Assembly: GCA_031414595.1 (NCBI GenBank)
Contig: JANNVX010000105.1
Coordinates: 1-49,022, forward strand
Origin: Deinococcales bacterium
GTDB lineage: Bacteria > Deinococcota > Deinococci > Deinococcales > JAAFIG01
Direction: 5' to 3'
DNA length: 49,022 nt
The position numbers and the translations under genes are program-made. Under the pieces are notes generated by a model. It was given only the letters and a program-made list of their open reading frames with translations. It made no database searches and had not been told where the DNA came from. Shown here piece by piece: positions 9,124 to 17,768 of the stretch. Each line of letters begins with the position of its first letter. The first letter of the stretch is position 1.

Positions 9124-12100
9124 AGACTTCAAGCATTTGTTGTTGCTTAGCCGCCCGAGCATCGTTGCCTTTGGATTTGCGTCTGCCGTAAACCGCTAAG
9201 TACAGGGCTGGAATCACAAAGAGGGTTAGGAATGTACTGGCGGTCAGTCCACCAATCACGGTTAAAGCCAGTGGTTTACCAACAATCCCAGAGCTTGCCC
9301 CAAATAACTCGAGGGCGGCTGGGGCAAGTGCCAGAATCGTGGTCATGGCAGTCATGACAATCGGACGAACCCGTCTCGAGCCACCTTCGATAATTGCTTT
9401 GCGTAATTCCATGCCTTTTTCTTGGAATTTATCCACCAAGTCAATCAGCACAATTGCGTTGGTCACAACAATCCCGACCAGCAGTAAGAACCCAAAGAAC
9501 ACCGCTAAGTCAATTGGCGTTTGGGTAATAAACAAGAGTGGAAACGCCCCAATCACCACCAAAGGAATCGAAGCCAACAGTAAAAATGGGGTTAGCAAAC
9601 TGCGGAAGGTTGCCACCATAATTACGTAGACCAAAGCAATCGCCGCTAAAATTGCCACCCCAAGGGCTTGGAAGGATTCGGCTTGGGCGGCACTAACTCC
9701 ACCGATTTTCCAAGTTGCGCCTTCGGGCAAGGTCAGGGCGGTGACGGCTTCACGTAACTTGGTGGTACTTGCACCAACGTTATTTCCGGCTGGTTCGGCA
9801 GTCACAATGGCGGTGCGTTCGCCATCTATACGGCGCACACTCGAGGGCGCGGGTTCTTGGGTGACTGTGGCAATTTCGGACAAGCGAATGCTATCGCCAC
9901 CAGAAATCGGACGGAGTTTTAATTGTTTTAACTGCTCTAAAGTGTCAAACGAACCACGAGGCGCGGTCAAAAAGACTTCGACTGCACGGTCATCCACACT
10001 TAAACTGATGCTTTGAGCGCCCTGTAAGGCTTGACGCACTGCACCACCAACCGCCACAGGAATAATCCCTTTTTCATACGCCTTTTTCTGGTCTACCCGC
10101 ACTACAAATTCTGGATTGACCGCATCAAGGTTACTCGAGCCGTTACGCACTTCTGGAACTTTTGCCACGGCTGCCAACACTTGTTCGGTGGCAACCCGCA
10201 AGGTTTTATTGTCGCCAGCTTGAATTTGTACTTCTAAATTCTGTGAAAAACCGCCGCCACCAGCCCCAGCTTGGACACTTAAAGTGCTGTTTGGTACAAC
10301 CCCTTTGAGGGTTTTCTCGAGAAGCGGCACAAGGACTTTACGGATATTGATTTTTCTGCCGTTTTCTTCGCCGGGCAGCACTGTAAACGAAGCTGATGAT
10401 GTTGCACCACCGCCTCCACCAAATGGACTGCCACCGCCAGCACCACCAATCACAGTTTGGAAGGCTTTGACTTGTCCTGCTTTGCGTAACTCCTCGAGTT
10501 TAGTTTCGATTAACTTGCTGTTTTCGTTAATTCGAGCAAGTCGCGTCCCATCTTTGAATTTTAAGCTGACCTCAGCACTAACGGCTTCGCCTCCACCGAC
10601 AAAATTGGTGGGAATTCCAGAAACCAAAGCACTTGTGCCAATCAGTAACACCACGGCTGTAATTAACACAATCGCTTTATGTCCAGTTGCCCATGTGATT
10701 GCAGCGCGATACGCCCGAACAAAAGCATCTTCGCCCGTTTCTTTTGGTGCGGTTTTTAAGAATAAACTCGAGAACAATGGAATAACCGTAAATGCCACGA
10801 CCAAACTTGCCAGAATCGAGTAAGTCACAGCTAAAGCCAATGGACGGAAGAACTCGCCAGCAATACCGCCAACAAATGCCAAAGGCAAGAAGACCGCCAC
10901 AGTTGTAATTGTACTGGCAGTAATTGGGGTAATCACTTCTCGAGCGCCTTCGTAAGCGGCTTTTAGTGGGGTATCGCCTTCGGCAAGTCGGTGGTAAATG
11001 TTTTCGATCACCACAATTGCGTCGTCAATCACACGCCCAATTGCAATCGCTAAGCCGCCTAGGGTTAAAACATTTAAGGTAAAACCTTGAACCCCCAAAA
11101 ACAGCAAACCGACCAGAATCGAAAGTGGAATGGAAATCGCGGTAATCAGGGTTGTACGCAAGTTACGCAGGAATAAAAAGACCACCAATACCGCAAATAA
11201 ACCACCCAAGAAACCTTCTTTAATCAGCGATTCGACACCCTTGGCAATTGGTTCGCCTTGGTCAGAAAGAATCGTGATTTTGCCGTCTAGGGCTTTCTCG
11301 AGGGCAGGCAGTTCTTTTTTGACGGCATTCGCCACGGTTAAGGTGTTGCCTTGTTGGGTTTTGAAAACACTTAAACCAACGGCGTTGACTCCGTTTAAGC
11401 GGGTATAGGACTTCGGGTCTTCGGTGGTCAGTTCAATTTTAGCAATTTCGGCAAGCGTAACAGGCACAAGTTTGACACTCGAGGAAGCACCGCCACCACC
11501 AAAACTCGAGCCGCCAAAGCCAGAGGGTGCGCCACCGCCAGAAAATCCACTCGGAGCGCCCGTTGGTGCGCTAAAACCACTTGGGGCAGCACTGGCGCTT
11601 GGTATTTGGAAAGCACTTGCAGCACTTGTACTTGGCATTTGAAAACCACTCGGAGCGCCACCGCTTGGCATTTGGAAACCAGCCGGGGGTTGACCAGTCA
11701 TGCCACTTGGAGCTTGACCTGTCGCGCCAGTCGGAGCTTGTCCAGTAAATCCGGCTGGCGGTTGACCCGTAAATCCTGCTGGTGGCTGTCCAGTGAACCC
11801 TGCTGGTGGTTGCCCTGTAGCGGCATCAGTTGGTTGACCTGTTGGTGTGCCACCGTCTGGGCTGGCTGGACGTGGAGCTTGGGCAGCTTTTAAGGCGGCG
11901 GTGGCTTTGGCATCGGCGGCGGCGGCTTTTGCCAGTGCTTGCCCTGCGACAGCATTGGCTTGACCCGCAGCTTGGGCTGCACCAGTCGCAATTCCGCGTG
12001 CGGCGGCGGCTTGACCAAGGGCTTGACCTGCCAGACCTGCCGCTTGACCCGCAGCTTGGGCTGCACCCGTTGCAATACCACGGGCTGCACCCGCTTGACC

Positions 12101-13003
12101 AAGGGCTTGACCTGCTAAACCTGCGGCTTGACCAGCCGTTTGCAGTGCAGTCCCAGCCAATTGTGCCACGCCAGCTAAGGCTTGGGCTTGCACTCGAGCC
12201 GCCGAAATTTGGGCATCACGGGCTTGTTTGGTCAGTTTTTCGACTTCTTTGGCATCGGGTTGGGCAGTTACGACCACGCTTGCCAAGGAAGCCACGCTTT
12301 GTGCCACACTTTCGAGTTTAACTGGTACATTTAAGCCACCGTCTTGAACACTGCCAACCGGAAAGGCAAGGCTCGAGGCACGAATGGCTTGGTTAATGGC
12401 GTTGGCATCGAGTTTGTACTTGCTGAGTTTTTGGGCATCCAGAGTAATCCGAATCTGGGCTTTGGGTGCGCCAGTCACATCCACCCTCGAGACCCCACCG
12501 ATTCCCTCGAGTTTAGGCAGCACCCGAGCATCTACCCGAGTTTTTAATTGGGTCACTGGGATGTTGCTCGATAAGGCTAAACGCATTACGGGGGCATCAC
12601 CAAAACGAATCGCACTGACACTTGGGTCTTGAACACCATCAGGGAAATTGGTGCGTACACGGTTGACGGCTTGTTGAATCTGTGATTCTTTTTCGCGTAA
12701 GTTTGCTCCGAAAGCAAAGTTTAAGACCACCACCGAAACACTTGGGCTGCTGGTACTCGAGATACCCTCTAAGTCAGATAAACCCTGCAAAGAGGTTTCA
12801 ATGGGGCGTGTGACCTGAGATTCAACAATTTCAGGACCCGCCAACGGATAAGCAGTAATCACCGTAATGACGGGGAAGCGAATTTCTGGCAATAATTCTT
12901 GTTTGATGCTAAGGCTGGTAAAAACCCCAGCCAGCAATACCAAGACTGTCACCAATACAAGTACACTGGCATTTTTTAAGGAAAATTTGATTAACCCATT
13001 CAT
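9113..13003 (-). CDS. RND (AcrB/AcrD/AcrF family) efflux permease with long low-complexity insertion
   Basis: GRVIDDAIVVIENI, GIVVTNAIVLID, RVRPIVMT; 12-TM layout. Confidence 0.92.
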   Translation of the reverse strand: MNGLIKFSLKNASVLVLVTVLVLLAGVFTSLSIKQELLPEIRFPVITVITAYPLAGPEIVESQVTRPIETSLQGLSDLEGISSTSSPSVSVVVLNFAFGANLREKESQIQQAVNRVRTNFPDGVQDPSVSAIRFGDAPVMRLALSSNIPVTQLKTRVDARVLPKLEGIGGVSRVDVTGAPKAQIRITLDAQKLSKYKLDANAINQAIRASSLAFPVGSVQDGGLNVPVKLESVAQSVASLASVVVTAQPDAKEVEKLTKQARDAQISAARVQAQALAGVAQLAGTALQTAGQAAGLAGQALGQAGAARGIATGAAQAAGQAAGLAGQALGQAAAARGIATGAAQAAGQANAVAGQALAKAAAADAKATAALKAAQAPRPASPDGGTPTGQPTDAATGQPPAGFTGQPPAGFTGQPPAGFTGQAPTGATGQAPSGMTGQPPAGFQMPSGGAPSGFQMPSTSAASAFQIPSASAAPSGFSAPTGAPSGFSGGGAPSGFGGSSFGGGGASSSVKLVPVTLAEIAKIELTTEDPKSYTRLNGVNAVGLSVFKTQQGNTLTVANAVKKELPALEKALDGKITILSDQGEPIAKGVESLIKEGFLGGLFAVLVVFLFLRNLRTTLITAISIPLSILVGLLFLGVQGFTLNVLTLGGLAIAIGRVIDDAIVVIENIYHRLAEGDTPLKAAYEGAREVITPITASTITTVAVFLPLAFVGGIAGEFFRPLALAVTYSILASLVVAFTVIPLFSSLFLKTAPKETGEDAFVRAYRAAITWATGHKAIVLITAVVLLIGTSALVSGIPTNFVGGGEAVSAEVSLKFKDGTRLARINENSKLIETKLEELRKAGQVKAFQTVIGGAGGGSPFGGGGGATSSASFTVLPGEENGRKINIRKVLVPLLEKTLKGVVPNSTLSVQAGAGGGGFSQNLEVQIQAGDNKTLRVATEQVLAAVAKVPEVRNGSSNLDAVNPEFVVRVDQKKAYEKGIIPVAVGGAVRQALQGAQSISLSVDDRAVEVFLTAPRGSFDTLEQLKQLKLRPISGGDSIRLSEIATVTQEPAPSSVRRIDGERTAIVTAEPAGNNVGASTTKLREAVTALTLPEGATWKIGGVSAAQAESFQALGVAILAAIALVYVIMVATFRSLLTPFLLLASIPLVVIGAFPLLFITQTPIDLAVFFGFLLLVGIVVTNAIVLIDLVDKFQEKGMELRKAIIEGGSRRVRPIVMTAMTTILALAPAALELFGASSGIVGKPLALTVIGGLTASTFLTLFVIPALYLAVYGRRKSKGNDARAAKQQQMLEVFGD

Positions 13004-13015
13004 AAATAACTCCTG

Positions 13016-13519
13016 TTAGCTTTTGTTTTGCCTGTACTCGAGCATTCTGCCGAGTATGGTTTGGTACATTCGTTCTAGTAACTGCAATTCGGTTTGGTTC
13101 ATCGCGTCCATAGAAATGCGGTACTGGTTCATTAAGTGGGTGCGGATTTTGGTCACATACTCGAGTCCAGTGTTGGTCAGTCTGACGCGGACGATGCGGC
13201 GGTCTTCTGGGTCGGAAATCCGTTCTAAGGTCTGGCGTTCAACCAAGGCATCCACCAGTCCAGTCACACTCGAGGGCGGGATGGCGAGAATTTCGGTCAG
13301 TTCACGCATGGTTTTACCCTTGGCGTTATCAAGTTCGTCTAAAATCATCCAGTGCGATAAAGATAATTTATCGCGTCCTAAACCTTCAATAAACATCTGT
13401 CTACCATGGTGCGAAATTTGGTGCAGCAGCGTAACAATGTTGCTCTCGAGGGTCACTCGCTCTTCTGGGGGGTCAAGTGTAGTTCGAGATACGATTTTTT
13501 CATAATCCGAATCATTCAT
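13016..13519 (-). CDS. MarR-family transcriptional regulator
   Basis: SSVTGLVDALVER...DPEDRRIVRVRLTNTG. Confidence 0.9.
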   Translation of the reverse strand: MNDSDYEKIVSRTTLDPPEERVTLESNIVTLLHQISHHGRQMFIEGLGRDKLSLSHWMILDELDNAKGKTMRELTEILAIPPSSVTGLVDALVERQTLERISDPEDRRIVRVRLTNTGLEYVTKIRTHLMNQYRISMDAMNQTELQLLERMYQTILGRMLEYRQNKS

Positions 13520-13597
13520 GTTTGGGATAATACGAAACTCGAAATATATTAACTATGAACTAACCCACAATTTTATTATTCGAGGTACAATAAGCCA

Positions 13598-13936
13598 ATG
13601 AGAGGCTTGGCGCTTAAAATTTTTAGATGGTGGTGCGCTTTTGTTGCCCACTGGTTCAAGCATCAACCCAAAACACCAATGACCAAACTTAAAAATACCA
13701 ACCAGCACATCAGTCGTTTACTCGAGAACATCGGGGTTCGCAACCGTACTGACCTTGTAAAACTGGGCGCACTCGAAGCCTACCAGCAACTGATAGAGGC
13801 AGGGTATCAAGTCAATTACAACCTTGTTCTTGAATTACATGGTCTGATTACCGACCAGAGCATCGAAGACATCCCAGATAAGCAAATCGCTTATCTGCTC
13901 GAGGAAGCCGCCGCTTTGCGACACACCGTTCGTTAG
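13598..13936 (+). CDS. TfoX C-terminal domain-like protein
   Basis: TKLKN...LENIGV.NRTDLVKLGALEAY..L...NLV..LHG; start may be 13679. Confidence 0.6.
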   Translation: MRGLALKIFRWWCAFVAHWFKHQPKTPMTKLKNTNQHISRLLENIGVRNRTDLVKLGALEAYQQLIEAGYQVNYNLVLELHGLITDQSIEDIPDKQIAYLLEEAAALRHTVR

Positions 13937-13963
13937 TGGTTTGGCTCAGAGGAAAAAATCGGG

Positions 13964-13991
13964 GAGAAAAGCTGTGCCGTACAGTTTTCTC
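13964..13991. terminator. Hairpin between convergent genes
   Basis: gagaaaagctgt-gccgt-acagttttctc. Confidence 0.45.
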
Positions 13992-14002
13992 GAGAATATC
14001 CT

Positions 14003-15193
14003 TTAATCCTTAAAGCGAATTGGGATACGCCAACTTGCACCGGGTACTTTAATCAAGATTTTCCATTCACCGGGCATCCCTAGCCGTGTATCCAGCAAGT
14101 ATGAACCATCTTTACGCCGTGTGGGACTTTGTTTAATTGTCATGCCATCGGCGGGCATCGATAAATTCATGTCTACCCGAGCATCAGGCTCGAGCTTATA
14201 GCCATCCTTGCCAGTAATCCGAAACTCGAGACGAAGCCCACCAATGGCTGGGGTAATGGCAGTTGCCTCAAGTGTCCAAACGCCAATGGTTTGGTTGATC
14301 ATGACTGGGGCAACCAATTGCACATCCCGTTCTGGTGGGGCGGTACTGCCCAAGGTTGCGGTCGCAAGCAGCACGGTGGCAAGTAGTGCCAGTTCGACTC
14401 GAGTGGCGGTTTGAAAACCTACAAATAAATTTGGGCGGCTCGAGATAAGCGGCATCCAGTAAAAACGGTTGATAGCCGCAAAAGCAAGCACCACCGCGTA
14501 GAGCAGCAGTTTAATGGTTAATGTGATGCCGTACTGGGTTTCGATTAACAGGGCTGGCAACCAAAGTTTAATCAGGCTCTGATAAACCCCTGTCAAAGTC
14601 AGTAACCCAACCGACCAAGCGGCAATACTCGAGACACGCCCCGCTAACGCCACCCCTGCTTTTGGCATAAATTTACCCAAGGCTAAACATGCCAGACTGC
14701 TGACCCAAAACGTCATGGCAGTTAAATGTAGTACATCACCAATCACGGGTAAAACCTCGCCAGTTGCACCAACATGGGTGGTCATGGATAAACTTAAACC
14801 CACCACCAGACAAGCCGCACTGTGCAACCACAAATCGAGTTTAGCTTTCGGAAAACGTTGCAGTTCGACTCGAGGGCGGCTGGACAACCACCACAGCAGC
14901 AGCACCGCCGCAACTCGAGTCATCACCCATTGCCCATGACGGCTGCTGGTCATATACGCCCCATACAAATAAGGACTTAGTTCAAGCAATGCCCGCCAAG
15001 CCGTAAAACCAATCTCTATCAAACTGGTTAGGATCAAAAAAGGGGCAGCAAAGCGAATCACCAACTGTAAACGCCCAGCAAAACGCGGCTCGAGGTAGCG
15101 TGCCACCAGACCTGCGCCAATTAAAATCAGGCTCGAGAACAACAGCAATGCCTTAAAAACTGGGGCTTCGGGGGCGTGAATCATGCCTAACAT
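14003..15193 (-). CDS. CopD-family copper resistance membrane protein with C-terminal soluble (YtkA-like) domain
   Basis: TTHVGA, LHLTAMTFWV, TGVYQ, TQYGITLTIK; C-terminal MPG.W.I. Confidence 0.75.
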   Translation of the reverse strand: MLGMIHAPEAPVFKALLLFSSLILIGAGLVARYLEPRFAGRLQLVIRFAAPFLILTSLIEIGFTAWRALLELSPYLYGAYMTSSRHGQWVMTRVAAVLLLWWLSSRPRVELQRFPKAKLDLWLHSAACLVVGLSLSMTTHVGATGEVLPVIGDVLHLTAMTFWVSSLACLALGKFMPKAGVALAGRVSSIAAWSVGLLTLTGVYQSLIKLWLPALLIETQYGITLTIKLLLYAVVLAFAAINRFYWMPLISSRPNLFVGFQTATRVELALLATVLLATATLGSTAPPERDVQLVAPVMINQTIGVWTLEATAITPAIGGLRLEFRITGKDGYKLEPDARVDMNLSMPADGMTIKQSPTRRKDGSYLLDTRLGMPGEWKILIKVPGASWRIPIRFKD

Positions 15194-15230
15194 AACTAAA
15201 TTGAACCACAGCAAGCCTTGAGTCAGATGA

Positions 15231-15260
15231 ACAAAAAAGGGTTTGCCAAAGGCAAACCCC
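15231..15260 (-). terminator. Intrinsic terminator of pilT
   Basis: gggtttgcc-ttt-ggcaaaccc followed by a T run on the minus strand. Confidence 0.7.
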
Positions 15261-15280
15261 CAATAAACCAAGTCTTTTTT

Positions 15281-16453
15281 CTAGCGTCGTCCAAAACCAC
15301 TCGAGGGCGGTTGTTGTTGTGGGGCTGGGGCAGCCCCTTGTGGACGCGGCTGCCCGGGCGCAACCTCACCAAGTTTTGCCAAACGGGTGTATTCTTTGGG
15401 GTCTACAGACCGAGACTCACCAAGTTCGTAAGTAATCATTTTCTTTTTGTACATGTCGGCTAAACAAGCATCCATGGTAATCATGCCCAAGGATGCCCCG
15501 GTTTGAATCACACTGGTTAATTGGTACGACTTACCTTCACGAATCAATGCCCGAACTGCTGGGGTGGCAATCATGATTTCATAGGCAACAACCCGCCCAT
15601 CGCCAGAAATTTTTGGCAACATCTGTTGGGTAATAATCGCACTTAAGTTATTGGCAAGTTGCACTCGAATCTGTTCTTGTTGCTCTTCAGGAAAAACGTC
15701 CACAATACGGTCAATCGCTTCAGGGGCGCTGTTGGTGTGCAGTGTCCCCATCACCAAATGCCCTGTTTCTGCCGCCGTTACAGCACTGCGAATCGTTTCA
15801 AAATCACGCATTTCCCCGACCAGAATCACATCGGGGGCTTGGCGCAAAACTGCCCGCAACGCCATCTCAAAGTCTTGGGTATCTGGACCAATTTCACGCT
15901 GATTGACAATACTGCTCTTGTGCGAATGAGCAAATTCCACTGGGTCTTCGATGGTGACAATATGCTTTTTCTTGTTGGTGTTAATCCAGTCGATCATAGA
16001 AGCCAGTGTGGTACTTTTACCAGAACCGGTTGGACCGGTTACCAGCACCAAACCACGCGGCAAACTCGAGACTTGAATCAAAATATCTTTGGGTAAACCA
16101 ATTTCTTCTAATGGACGGGTTTTGGTGGGAATTAAACGCATTACACCACCGACCGAACCACGCTGGAAAAAGACATTGACCCTAAAACGCCCACCAATCC
16201 CTTGAGCCGCAAACGAAAGGTCAAGGTCGCGTTTTTCCTCGAAAGTACGTTGCTGCTTTTCGTTCAAAATCGAATACATCAAACGACGGGTTTCTTGGGC
16301 AGTCAGTGGATTACTGAATTCACCTGTACCCCATTCACCATGAATTTTGTACTGCGGTGGCATACCAGCCGTGAGAATAATGTCCGAAGCCTCGCGTTCA
16401 ACGGAATACTTGAGAATATCAACGATGGTTAAGTCCTGCGCGGGTTGAGTCAT
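15281..16453 (-). CDS. pilT: Type IV pilus retraction ATPase
   Basis: GPTGSGKSTT, TIEDPVE, LRQAPDVILVGEMRD, AETGHLVMGTLH, AVRALIRE. Confidence 0.93.
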   Translation of the reverse strand: MTQPAQDLTIVDILKYSVEREASDIILTAGMPPQYKIHGEWGTGEFSNPLTAQETRRLMYSILNEKQQRTFEEKRDLDLSFAAQGIGGRFRVNVFFQRGSVGGVMRLIPTKTRPLEEIGLPKDILIQVSSLPRGLVLVTGPTGSGKSTTLASMIDWINTNKKKHIVTIEDPVEFAHSHKSSIVNQREIGPDTQDFEMALRAVLRQAPDVILVGEMRDFETIRSAVTAAETGHLVMGTLHTNSAPEAIDRIVDVFPEEQQEQIRVQLANNLSAIITQQMLPKISGDGRVVAYEIMIATPAVRALIREGKSYQLTSVIQTGASLGMITMDACLADMYKKKMITYELGESRSVDPKEYTRLAKLGEVAPGQPRPQGAAPAPQQQPPSSGFGRR

Positions 16454-16509
16454 AAAGCCCCCTTTTTATACAGTCTACGACGAAAACTGCTCTTTGTGCT
16501 ACTTAAAAA

Positions 16510-16911
16510 TTAAAGCGCCGCATCACCAGGGTTCAAACCACACCAATGAATCAACGCCACACGCAAACCAGCAATCTCGAGGTTGCCAGTTGCCACAAGC
16601 ACCATGACCGTAGTTGCTGCATCTACACTTGGGCGTTTTCGATACCCATTCAAACGTAATGAAAGCAGCATTGTCTCGAGGGCTGTACGTTTATTGGCAT
16701 CCGAAAAAACATGATTCTGAGCAATTGAAAAACCAACCGCCGCTAGTTTTGTAAAAAAAGTGGGGTACGAATCTTCACCGCCAAAACCCTCAACGATTTT
16801 ATGTAAAGCACTCTCGAGTAAACCCAAATCCCGCACACCAGTCAAACCACCAGATTCCTCGAGAATACGGTCATGTAAACGTATCACAGCACCAATTGTT
16901 GGATATTGCAT
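16510..16911 (-). CDS. doc: Death-on-curing (Doc/Fic) toxin
   Basis: GVRDLGLLESA; HVFSDANKRTA Doc motif. Confidence 0.88.
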   Translation of the reverse strand: MQYPTIGAVIRLHDRILEESGGLTGVRDLGLLESALHKIVEGFGGEDSYPTFFTKLAAVGFSIAQNHVFSDANKRTALETMLLSLRLNGYRKRPSVDAATTVMVLVATGNLEIAGLRVALIHWCGLNPGDAAL

Positions 16912-16951
16912 TCGACGATGACGAAAACAGGGTGTTTAGAACGATAGTCGT

Positions 16952-17086
16952 TCATAATTTAGCAAGGGTTTTCAGTAATTTGCTATCACGTTTAACTTGC
17001 TGGTCAATCAAACGATCCATGGCTTCCCAAGTCATTTCTTTGACTCGAGGCTCTTTGGTTTTTTGTGCATTAACCTTGGTTTTCAT
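16952..17086 (-). CDS. Putative 44-aa antitoxin partner of Doc
   Basis: MKTKVNAQKTKEPRVKEMTWEAMDRLIDQQVKRDSKLLKTLAKL*; TAAAAT 6 nt upstream of ATG; directly upstream of doc. Confidence 0.6.
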   Translation of the reverse strand: MKTKVNAQKTKEPRVKEMTWEAMDRLIDQQVKRDSKLLKTLAKL

Positions 17087-17222
17087 ACTCAAATTTTAGC
17101 ACAAGAAGCTCGAGACCAAATTATAAAATTGGCTTATTGACTCGAGCAGTGATGTGTATAACCTAAAGATTTGAAACCATAGAAAGTTTATACACTTGAG
17201 TAAAAACTGGTATGGTCTGCCC

Positions 17223-17537
17223 GTGTTTGAACCTTTTGATTTCACCACCAGCCAAATACTTGACTGGGAACTCGAGATGATTCACAATGCTCTTGATAGG
17301 CAGGAAATCGAAATTACAAGGCACGCAGCTAATGCCGCCGAGGATGATGGTTTAACCTTATTTCAACTGCTGGAAGCTGTATTGGTTGGTGTTGCAGTCA
17401 GTAAAGATTTACCCGATAACGACCTCGAACGAATTCCAGGCATCAACTTTGAACATCGCACTGCTGATTTGCGTTGGTACAGAATAAAAGTCGCTTGGAT
17501 TGACCAGTATTTGATTATCACAGCCCACACCATTTGA
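17223..17537 (+). CDS. DUF4258-like putative toxin
   Basis: ITRHA...D.L.L..LLEAVL.G...IITAH; TATGGT 6 nt before GTG; paralogue at 38139. Confidence 0.65.
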   Translation: MFEPFDFTTSQILDWELEMIHNALDRQEIEITRHAANAAEDDGLTLFQLLEAVLVGVAVSKDLPDNDLERIPGINFEHRTADLRWYRIKVAWIDQYLIITAHTI

Positions 17538-17544
17538 GGCAAAT

Positions 17545-17766
17545 ATGAACTTAACCATCAATGAAAACCGAATTGAATACAGTTATACCAATAAAACTGG
17601 TGCTTTTGTACGAATTCGCAACGTTCCCGCAAAAACTCGAGTTGACCAATACGGACATGAACACCAGACTTTTAGTATTGCCGTAGCAATGCGACTCGAG
17701 GAACTACGGAAACAAGCATTTGCCGTGGATGACTCAAGTAGCGCTGTGCATGACCTCGAGTTTTAG
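17545..17766 (+). CDS. YgiT/MqsA N-terminal-like small protein lacking cysteines
   Basis: IRNVPA...G.E...FS..VA.RLEEL; RBS GAGG; paralogue at 38463. Confidence 0.6.
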   Translation: MNLTINENRIEYSYTNKTGAFVRIRNVPAKTRVDQYGHEHQTFSIAVAMRLEELRKQAFAVDDSSSAVHDLEF

Positions 17767-17768
17767 GT

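Noticed and set aside
13023-13505. 160-aa ORF antisense to marR and similar long antisense ORFs in RND, carB and mcp
   Set aside because: Antisense shadows of well-supported genes
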